Position numbers and translations under genes: made by a program | Source: Lama glama | Lineage: Eukaryota | DNA length: 64,000 nt | Assembly: GCA_028534125.1 (NCBI GenBank) | Contig: CM052816.1 | Span: 58,282,001-58,346,000, forward strand | Reading direction: 5' to 3' | Shown: in pieces, positions 13,004-22,623 of the stretch | How positions within the stretch are numbered: position 1 is the first letter of the stretch | Layout: every line of letters starts with the position of its first letter | The notes under the pieces: generated by a model | What the model saw: only the letters and a program-made list of their open reading frames with translations | What the model was told of the DNA's origin: nothing | Databases searched by the model: none

Positions 13004-15736
13004 AAATCTATGAATTAGAGAACCACCTCAAGATTTTTCCCCAGGACTCAGAGGGAAAAGATCAAGATGCAAATAAGAAAAGATACAGTTTACATAAACA
13101 TAGATATGAGAGATTCTGTATTTATAGAAAAACAATCCCAGAAAGAGAACTAAACATACAGCATAGAAATAATAATCAAAGAAATTAGAAAAATATCTTT
13201 CACTTAACAAAAGAAAATCTTGAACCTTTCCATTGAAGGGGCTCAACAAGATTCAGGCAAGATTATGGAGACAGATCTACTCCATTTCTGAAGTTCAAGT
13301 ACAGGAAATAATCTCTACTCAGAGATTAAGGGAGAGACAAGACTCCTGCAAAAAAAAAAAAAATTACAGTGAAAGATTTCCCTTACCCCAATGCCAGAAA
13401 CAAAAGACTAACAACATGAGAGAAAGCTTCTACATCAATGTCTAAAACTATGTTCCTTGAAAAAGCAAAATAAACACAAATTCGAGTATGCAAGGATTCA
13501 GAAACATAATACCCAAGTACCAGTCCCCAAGAAGTCACTTGAAGAAACATTCCTATGACGTGAAATAAATAACTCAAGAATTGAGACAATGTCATAGAAG
13601 AACCAATGATAAGCAATACCAGTAAAACTTAGAATTAAGTCAAGAAAGGTGTTGTTATTGGTTGATAAGTTTAATGCAGATGTTAACATATTACTCCTAA
13701 CCTGAAAATATAGAAAAATGTAAGTGTTAAAAACCTGGATCTAAAATACCAGATTACTTTAAAAGAGACTAGAAAGTATGGGGGAAGTAATGAGTTTAAG
13801 ATTCTACTACATATTCCAATAGAGCTGCCATGAGGAGCCAGGAAAATGAGTAGTAGTTAGTAGCAGTGACAGAGGAGGAAAACCTGGAGATGGAGGTAAA
13901 GTGAAAGAAGAAAATCTATCAGTAAATTAGAAAAGCTATCAATAAATTCACCATGCCAAGCAGACAAGGTGCAGGATCAGGCAGCACAAACAGCAGGTCT
14001 AGAACAGCACTGTGGAGGGAAATTCGTGATGAGACAAGAGCAGAAACAGGCATGTGGTTTTCCACCGCATGCTGAGGGTATAGAAGAATCTATACTTAGC
14101 CTCTCAGAAAGGGATCTAGGCCCCTGGGCTATGGGAAGCTCACCTGGCAGGATCAGGGACTACGGCTATAGGACATGGCGGAATCTTGGACTCCAGCCCT
14201 CATGTCCACCTCGGGACTCCACCAAGATTGACTGCTCAACCACTAGTATGTACCCATGGAGTCTGCTGGAGGCTGACTACCTCTCTAGGATGTAGATTAA
14301 GTTAAAAAATATATTAAGTCAGATTATTAATAGATTAAGTAAAATATTGAATTAAGAAATAATGATTGTTTCAATAAATGCAGAAAATAGTTCTATGAAA
14401 TTCAATACTCATTTTTGTTTGGAATAAAAAACAACTTACCAAACAAGGGATAGAAGTAAAATTCCTCAATTAAGAAAGGGTACTTATTTTTTAAATCCAC
14501 ACACACAAAAGCAAATTTTCTGTTAAACTTTAGAAGCGTTGTCATTGAAGTCAAGCATAAATCAAAATGTCTGCCACCACCTCTATACCACTGACATTAA
14601 ATGACAGACCTAGTCAATGTAATAAGATAATAAGTTAAAAAAAAAAGAATTAGAAAGGAAAACTATCCTTATTTTCAGATAACATGATTGTCTATATAGA
14701 AAATCCAAGAGAATATATTTAAAAACTTAAAACTAACTAATAGGAAAGTTCAGGAACATTACAGGATCTCATTAGTATATAAACATGGTATGTAATACAA
14801 CATTTCTATATACCAATAAGCCAATTATGAAATATGATCAAATTAAAAAGCATACATATTAGCAACAAAAAATAGATACCAAATAATAAAACTAAAACTT
14901 GAAAGAATTCCAAAATCTAATAAATAAAACCTATGGAGAGAAAATTATTAAAGTTATTTTAAAATCCAAACTTAAACTGAGGTGATTTTATGCTTATTCC
15001 TTCTTGTTAAAGCCTTGCAGTTCAAGTAAAGTCAAAACCAATTTGGACTGGAGCATATTTGTTTTATTTCCCAGTTGCTCAAACATAAAATATTAGATAT
15101 GGTCAAATAAAGTAGAATTTAGTCTCAAAGTATCTCAGCTAGAAGCAGAATCTTAGATGTCTGCCTGTCTGAGGCCCTGCAAGGTTACACTGCTAATGAG
15201 TGCAGAGCCACGATTGAAAACCAGGCTTCCTGCTTCCACTGCAGTACTGTCCTACGCTTACCTCCCTTCCGGTGAAACCACATATGGATTAGAATCTAGA
15301 GCAAATCTAGAGAAGCTCCAGGTCCCTTACATATTCAGAACTTCAGTCCTCTCCCCCTGCAAGCATCTCTCCTGTGTATCCTTCCTCTGGCGTCTACCAT
15401 CCTCCGAGCCTTTCAGATTCATCATTTCATAATTCTCCATGAGTTCAGTGGTTTCCAGATTTCCAGATTTTCTAAACCAGTCAAATTTTCACTCAAATTC
15501 TGGCATCTGAAAACAGAGATGCCAGATTTTATTTTGTTAATGGAAACATTAGAAAAACAACCACCACGTATTTCCATGATCATTTCATAAAAGAAAGAAC
15601 ATTTTAACATGGAAAATGTAGGGAATGTACATCTCAAAAGAATGAGTTTTATTATATATAAATTATACCCAAATAAACCTGACATTTTAAATGCAAGTAT
15701 GCTAAACTTTGAATTAAAACAATTAGAAATTGGACA

Positions 15737-15862
15737 GGAGGAGGGGATAGCTCAGTGGTAGGGTGCCTGTCTAGCATGCACATGGTACTGGGTTAAATTC
15801 CCAGTACTTCCACTTAAAAAAATAAATAAACAAACCTAATTACTTCCTCCTGAAAGAAAGAA
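15737..15862 (+). mobile_element. tRNA-derived SINE, Vic-1-like
   Basis: GGAGGAGGGGATAGCTCAGTGGTAG...AAACCTAATTACTTCC. TSD AGAAAT(T/A)GGACA at 15725-15736 and 15863-15874. Confidence 0.88.
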
Positions 15863-17686
15863 AGAAATAGGACATATCTAGCTTTAGTGTCCCCACCTCC
15901 ACACCATTTCACAATAGATAAGGGAAAACACATCATCATAGACAGAAGAGTTTCAGGAAACTACTGCTTCAGACTTTTCTTGAGCTATGTCTTCTTTGTT
16001 ACTCCTGTCCATCCTTACTGCCTTATCCATCCAGAGCCTCATCACTTCTTTTCTGGACTACTGCAATATCCTCTTGCTTTCCCTTTCTGTGCCCATGTCT
16101 CCCTCTCTGGTCCCTCCTTTAGTGTACTATCAGAATGAGCTTCCTAAAACACATTTCTCATCATATTCTTCTAAAAGGTATAAAGCTTTGGCTCCTTATC
16201 CCACAATCTGAACCACCCTTGTCTCTCTCCTTCACTATTCTACACCACATGGACTCAGCACTCAAGTTATTTCTAACTGCATTCTCCTTTCGCCATGCAC
16301 TTTCATTCACACTATTTCCCACACCATAAACAAGTTTTCCCAGTCTTCATCTTTGAAATATTACACATTCTTCAAAGAATATTCAAATACCACTTTGTCT
16401 ACAAGCCTTGATAATTCAACTCTTGTGCCTTCTAAGTTCATTTTTCTGTCTACTACTAGACACATCATGTCTTACGGTGAATCTCTCACCTTATGGTAGA
16501 GACTTGGTTATAATCAATTTCTATATTGTGTATATATAATTATTGAATGGATAATTTGCTTCATCTCCTCCTCAATAGATGACTTTATATTCCTACTTCT
16601 CTTGGAAAACAGAAGCCATTAAATAACTGCTCTAAATTCCTGCCAACACACATACAAAATTGCCATATCTGTATACATCATATTCTCCCACACTCCCACT
16701 CCTCCCCCAAACTAATCTCTTTCCTGGCTTTCAATCCCATCCCCTCATCCCTGACAAGAGTCTTGCTTCATCAATTATCTTCTCTTTCTCCTAAATTTTT
16801 AACTTCTTCCTTTCTGCTGATTCTTCTTCTTGGTAGTGCAGGGAACACCAGCTAGAAATATTTACATAAACTATTTTCAAGTGAAAAGAGTTGTGCTGAT
16901 AGGCCCTCAAGACTTCAGACTCTGGAAAGCACACTCACATTTAGGAAGGTAAAGGAAATAAACCATAAACACATATTAGCCAGGCAAAAGAGAATTATAT
17001 TCATTCATCGATGAGACAAGGAAGACTGAATGTTGATGCCAAGACAATCACTCTCAGCCCTACTTTTCCATGAGATATTTCTGATCTATGAGCATCTGTT
17101 AATTCCACCTGGTACCTGATCAAGGCAACAGTGTACAACCAAGGGGGCCCAAAGAACTATTTACAGGAGTAGCTGCTTGTGCCTCTCCTCATCTGACATT
17201 CATTTTCTAAGCATTCTTAGGTCTTCTTTCAATTGTTCAAGCATGTCAACATCTATACTGTCTTTGAACATGCGACACCCTCTGCCTGAAGCCCTCATCC
17301 TTTCTTCTCCCTATACCAATCCCATCTTTGACATGACTGGCTCCTCATCCTTTAACTCAGCTCAAATATCTCATTTCCTGAACACCCATTTGATATCACA
17401 GTGTCCTTCATAGATTTTATCATGACATAATTTTTATTTAATTGTTTCTTATTATTTTTCTCACCACTAGACTATAAACTCTATGAGAAAAGGAACTGTC
17501 TATCTTGTTTACCATTATGTTCTCAGTATCTAGCACATGGAAAGCACTCAAAAAAGTGTGGGACGAGTGAATTATATTGAAAACTAGCTCAGTATTGCAG
17601 TGGCTCTAGGATAGGAAGCTTAGCAGAATCACCTCAGGATATTATTTAAGCCAAAAATCCCAAACCCCTTCCCTAACTACACTTCA

Positions 17687-18140
17687 CTGTCAAAGAAAAA
17701 GACATGGCTGAATAGTAGTTTAAGCCATAAAAACAGATTTTATTCAGGACTACTGCAATATAGGAAAAGAGACCTCAGAGGAGAATGGGGCTCATTTCCC
17801 AATATAGCATGGGCAAGTGGGAATTTATGGCCAAGGATCAGGGTGGGGGTCTATAAGTGAAAAATTACTAAGCAGTAAGGGGAAACCCTGGCTAAACTGC
17901 CCTAAAAGGATCTTTGCTGAAGACAGGCCTGGGTGGTCAGACAAAACCTGGGGGGGAGGGTGTGGAGGATGGGGGACCTGATCATATATGGAGGGTGATC
18001 AGATGTCCAGGGTGTGTAATTCCTGATAAATTGACTTAGCTGGGTTCTTGCTAAAACTAGATTTTACAAGGAAGTACACAAACAGATCTAGGACAAGGTT
18101 CAGGAGCTCAACTAAAGTTTGGTCAAGCAAAAAATCTTTG
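17687..18140. mobile_element. ERV1-type LTR (MER31-like)
   Basis: TGTCAAAGAAAAAG...GATTTTATTCAGGACTACTGCAATATAGG...CTAAAGTTTGGTCAAGCAAAAAATCTTTGCA, inserted into a MER5-like fragment. Confidence 0.55.
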
Positions 18141-20122
18141 CAATACCTGGAGTCAGATGTGCCATTTTCAGGATTGGGAGAGGGTGTAGGTACACAGATA
18201 GACTATGTGTCCCTTGTTGCCCTCCAGATTCTGGAATAGGGTGAGGAGTGTAATATAAATAATCACCATGGGAAGACCAGTGGTTGTGTGTAATTGAGAA
18301 AAGTCCTCTAGTAATTTTGATACATCATCTCCAGGCCCTTGTGAAAACCACTGCTCCAGGCATCATTCCTATGCCTTGTAATGTTACTCCCCAAATCTTT
18401 AGATGGAGCTGCTTGTCAACTCTCAGACCCCTGGATCTTTCAGCCAATCTCAGAGGGTCTCTAGGGCTCATATATGGGACACTACATATGGGCAACTATT
18501 TTTCTCACTTAAGTTTTCTTAATCTTTACATTCTTGTCCTCTACCACAGAGACATTTAATTGTTAAACATACTAAGACATTCTATTTGAAGAGGAGCTCT
18601 AATATTGATATAATGAGGAGACAAAGTTACTTTTAACAAGCCACTTAAGATTAAATGCCATCATTAATGTATAATGTCATTAGCACTATGAACCTATAAT
18701 CTGGGCCCCCAAGCAAATTTTTTTCGAAAAAGCCTTTTCAAACCCAGCCCACAGATTCCCCATCACCAATCCTACATAAGTCTATACTTTTTAGTTACAT
18801 TAAACAAGAAAGGAGGGATTATATAGTAGGGGTGGGGTGAGGGGGACAAGTTAAAGGGGTTTAGAGTGATGTCCTTATTCTTTTCTTTGAACTACAAATT
18901 CCTCCAATAACATTTCTTGCTTTCAGGGGAAACACCCCAGAGTGAAACGGGAAGTAGTTCTAAATGTTATCCCTAAGGGTCCTGTCTATGTAACAATTGA
19001 TGATTAATGCAACTCCCTGATCTTATTTATTTAGGATTGACATGATTGGGAAGTTAAGGTACTCAAGAAGGTTAGGATTTCAACTGAAATGCTTTCTGGA
19101 AATGTGTTGGACTATGAAACTATTAAATAACTCTTTTCAGTTTTTAAAGATTAAAATGCAACACATTCAATCACAACAAAGCCTGCCATAGAAGAATTCA
19201 AATGGAAATGTGCCCCCCCCCAAAAAAAAATACAGTGGCACCCCAATGAGCTTATTAAAGAAAGAAGTGCTTTCTGGGAAATTTGGGAGTCCATAGAGCC
19301 TTTTCAGTTGCCCAGAGTGACATGGAGAGGAAAGACAAATCTTTGGAGTCAGAGAGATCAGAGCTGAAATCATGATCTAGGATTCGGTGACTTTAGCTAG
19401 TTCTGTTTCCTCCTAAAAAAAAAAAAAAGATAATAATATCTTGAAGGATTATTAGGGAGATTAGCCATGCTAACAGTAACAAGAAAAACACTGCAAAAGG
19501 CAATGTGTATGAGAATATTTTCTAACAGAATACTCTAGCTTCCCAGGAATCAGTGGAAGGACTTTATTTTTAAATTCTACTACCATGCAGATGCCTCCTC
19601 AATTTGCATTAGGAAAAAGCATCAGTTCCTCTCCTGATGCTGCTTCCTAACTGTTACTTAGTTCTGTTTAAAGCCTCAGAAAAGTGACCTCAGTTAAGCA
19701 CTCAGAAACATTTAAAGGCTACTAAACTTACATTTAAGTTCTTTTATTTCTTGAGTTGAATCTGCCCCCGTTGATTTTCACTTGTTCCCCTCGAAACTAT
19801 TTACTGAAATGACTATTTTTCCTTTAACTGAGAATATTTCCAAGATTATGTATTAAATAGGGGGAATAATTGGGTCTCACACCTGAAATAGCTATTTCCT
19901 TTCCTTTGGACAAATAACCCCTAAAGAGTCCTTTTTTTTTAATCAATGTGTATCTTCTAATAAAGGAGTTGTCAAAACAAAAGTCCTATTTTTTTCTAAT
20001 TGCTTTTAATGTGGCTAAAGTCTGAAACAATTTATCTAGTATTGGTCTCTCTGTCAGAATTAAGGGTTCTAGCTAAAGGTTTTAATAAACAAAATGTATC
20101 AACTCCAGCCATCTTTATTTCA

Positions 20123-20123
<1 letters not shown>

Positions 20124-20173
<50 letters not shown>
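20124..20173. repeat. (CA)25 microsatellite just downstream of CARTPT
   Basis: Uninterrupted CA run. Confidence 0.95.
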
Positions 20174-20178
<5 letters not shown>

Positions 20179-20392
20179 TCACTGCAATCAAAAGAAAATA
20201 GTGTACCAAAGCTTGTGTGGCAAACTCCTAATTAATGATGAAAACTCCTTGGAGCCAGGGTGCTGTTCTCCCAATAGACTGCTATTTTTAAAATATTTCT
20301 CTTTGAAAACAACAGCATGATTAATCCCACCATTCCTACTTAAATTACTTATGTAGAAACAACAGTGCACTATAAGCAATTATGAAAAACAC

Positions 20393-20398
20393 TTTATT
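20393..20398 (-). terminator. Distal polyadenylation signal AATAAA of CARTPT
   Basis: About 410 nt after the stop codon. Preceded by TGTA and followed by GT/T-rich sequence (GTGTTTTTC...CTGTTGTTTCT) on the minus strand. Confidence 0.75.
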
Positions 20399-20662
20399 AT
20401 GTATAATTTGTACATGCTTCAATTTGTGATGCTTGGGGTGATTTACTTTCCAGGTTGTGATGTCATCTACCAAGATTCACCAGATCTAATTTTCACCCTG
20501 CCTTGCCACCTACAAAAATACAATTATCAAAGCAAAGTTCTCCTTCTTTACTCTAAATATACACAAAGCTTTTTCAGACAGATAAAATACGAAGAGAATA
20601 CTTTGCACACATATCAACACCATACAAGGCATTACCCTTCACACTAACATCTAATGTGTTCT

Positions 20663-20668
20663 TTTATT
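20663..20668 (-). terminator. Candidate proximal polyadenylation signal AATAAA of CARTPT
   Basis: AATAAA about 137 nt after the stop codon, followed on the minus strand by TGTTAGTGTG. Confidence 0.45.
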
Positions 20669-20804
20669 TGGAAACAGCAGGAAAAGAGACCCCTTTTCCT
20701 CAGAGGGAAATGCAAACTTGCTACTAAAGCCAAACTCCAGGGATGAAGGTGTGATCCTCTGGGGAACGAAGCGGGGTGAGCACTTATGGTGAAGGATGGG
20801 TGCC

Positions 20805-20912
20805 TCATAAGCATTTCAGAAGGAAGGAATTGCAGGAGGTTCCTCGGGGACAGTCACACAGCTTCCCAATCCTAGCTCCTTTTCGCACCGCGCACTGCTC
20901 TCCCGCGTCACA
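20805..20912 (-). CDS. CARTPT: CART prepropeptide, coding exon 3 (35 codons plus TGA)
   Basis: TTTGCAG/TGT acceptor. Translates [35 protein letters not shown] with all six cysteines. Spliced total is 53+28+35 = 116 aa. This exon is missing from the ORF track. Confidence 0.98.
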   Translation of the reverse strand, partial: CDAGEQCAVRKGARIGKLCDCPRGTSCNSFLLKCL

Positions 20913-21778
20913 CTGCAAACAACACAATGTGTAGTCACCCTGCAAGAGCATACCCATGCCCCCAACAAACACATCTCCCCATTAACACAATGTCGACCTT
21001 GTGGGAGAGGTGGATGGACCCTATTACCATTACCATGGGTCTAAGTGTAGTCAGGCCTGAAAGGCAGGAAGTCTTGTGCTTATAATTTCAATGAGAGAAC
21101 ATAAAAAGAAAGAAGTTTAAATTACTGAACCCCTCCTACTTTCTTTTACCTTTCGTGGAGAAGTACATTTCCTGGCTTCTTTAAATGTTCATCCAAAAGA
21201 AAAAAAAAATCAACCAGGCCTTTTATCTAAGAAGTAAACAATGAACCTATATATTCTCACAACTCCTGCTTCCTGTGTCCACCTCCTCATCCCAAGAAGA
21301 ACGGTTTAGGTGTGTGTGGGTGTGTGTGGGTGTGTGTGTTCTTCAGGGAAGGTGACCAGACCTGAATCAAGATTTTTGACCCTAGAACTTAAGATTTTAA
21401 AAACTGGCAGTGCTCTGGAAAACCAGAAGAAAGCTGGAGGAAAAAGAACTGACTGGATTTAAAGGCTCTTCCAACTCAGAGAATTTTGAGAGGTTAAAAA
21501 CAAAACAAAATAAACAAACCCCACCACATTTTCGGGAAATACTCCACACAGATCCAAGAGCTGATTCCTGGCACAAACTGTTCAATCCTCCAGTATGGCC
21601 AATCTACTCTTTAACCTTAGAGACCAAGGGGCAAGGGAAACAAAGGGGAGCCCACAAAATTCTGCAAACACATTATCTGAATTATTAGCGAAATTCTGGG
21701 GAGAAGGTTGTGTATAAGACTCGGGGTGGTATATTTCCTCTTTGAAAAGCATAAGGAGGGGTGACCACAAAGTCTTAC

Positions 21779-21862
21779 CATGGGGACTTGGCCATACTTC
21801 TTTTCATAAATCGGAATACGTTTACTCTTGAGCTTCTTCAGGACTTCCTGCAGCGCTTCGAT
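21779..21862 (-). CDS. CARTPT: CART prepropeptide, coding exon 2 (28 codons)
   Basis: TTGCAG/ATC acceptor. Translates IEALQEVLKKLKSKRIPIYEKKYGQVPM with the KR and KK convertase sites. Donor ATG/GTAAGA. Confidence 0.98.
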
Positions 21863-22035
21863 CTGCAACACACCACCCCCGGAGCCCCGAATTGCCACCT
21901 TGGCTGCGAGCCCAGCCCAGGTGCTCACTTCCAGCCCTAGTTATAAGGAACCCCGGAACCACACACTCCTCCCCGGACTCCACAAAGAGCGACATTCAAG
22001 GGATGGAAACTTGGTGAGTGCTGTCCCACGTAGTG

Positions 22036-22056
22036 AGCGCTGTCCCACGTACTGAC
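22036..22056 (-). promoter_or_regulatory. Intronic RE1/NRSE-like site in CARTPT intron 1
   Basis: Minus strand GTCAGTACGTGGGACAGCGCT: near-perfect right half GGACAGCGC, degenerate left half TCAGTAC, correct spacing. Confidence 0.65.
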
Positions 22057-22303
22057 CGCAGGTCCAGGAGCCGCGGAGACTCCTATTGCTCCAAAGAGTC
22101 GGGATGAGGGATTCGCTCTAAAGACTGTCTGGAGCCCGTGGGCTCGAGACGTTCTTCAGGTGACAGGGGAAGCCGGGACTTCGCGCCCATCACCCCGAGC
22201 CCTGACTCTGGGAACAGTGGTGGGGAGGCGGGTAGAGAAGGACCCGTACAAAAGAAAGGAACTCGCGGCAGCCCAGGGGAGTCTGGGGCGAGGGGATACC
22301 GAC

Positions 22304-22462
22304 CAGCTCCTTCTCATGGGAGGCATCCTCCACTGTGGAGTAGATGTCCAGGGCTCGCGGCTGGAGCTCGGCGTCCTCCTGGGCAAGGGCGCCCAGCAGA
22401 GATAGCAGCAGCAGCAGGGTGGCACCCAGGAAGGGAAGAAGCCGCAAGCGGGGGCTCTCCAT
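22304..22462 (-). CDS. CARTPT: CART prepropeptide, coding exon 1 (53 codons: signal peptide plus N-terminal propeptide)
   Basis: Translates MESPRLRLLPFLGATLLLLLSLLGALAQEDAELQPRALDIYSTVEDASHEKEL, the recognisable CARTPT N-terminus. ATG is in an ACCATGG Kozak context. Ends at a phase-0 donor CTG/GTCGGT (GT at 22303-22302). Confidence 0.98.
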
Positions 22463-22471
22463 GGTGCTGAA
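22451..22471 (-). promoter_or_regulatory. RE1/NRSE (REST-binding site) overlapping the CARTPT start codon
   Basis: Minus strand TTCAGCACCATGGAGAGCCCC versus consensus TTCAGCACCnnGGACAGCGCC: perfect left half-site, canonical 2-bp spacer, two right-half mismatches. Confidence 0.85.
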
Positions 22472-22505
22472 AAACGGCGCTGCTGGGGCACTCCGCGCTC
22501 CCGCC

Positions 22506-22512
22506 TTTTATA
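22506..22512 (-). promoter_or_regulatory. CARTPT TATA box (TATAAAA)
   Basis: Minus strand reads GCTATAAAAGGCGG, about 45-50 nt upstream of the ATG. This implies a start site near 22480-22485 and a very short 5' UTR. Confidence 0.9.
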
Positions 22513-22615
22513 GCGAGCCAGAGTCGGGGCTCAGGAGGAAGGAGGGGGCGCGGAAGGAAGAGGGTGTGGAGGAGGGTCCGGGTCAACCGTCTGTAGGCAG
22601 CGCTTCGCCACCGCT

Positions 22616-22623
22616 TGACGTCA
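22616..22623. promoter_or_regulatory. cAMP response element (CRE) of the CARTPT proximal promoter
   Basis: Perfect palindrome TGACGTCA about 105 bp upstream of the TATA box. CREB regulation of CART via a proximal CRE is established. Confidence 0.9.

Noticed and set aside
19618..19641. Hairpin AGCATCAG-N8-CTGATGCT
   Set aside because: An 8-bp stem is within chance expectation and too short for a miRNA precursor.
22190..22303. ORF-track 90-aa ORF extending CARTPT exon 1 (VGIPSPQ...)
   Set aside because: Read-through into intron 1 past the GT donor. The spliced 116-aa product explains the conserved part.
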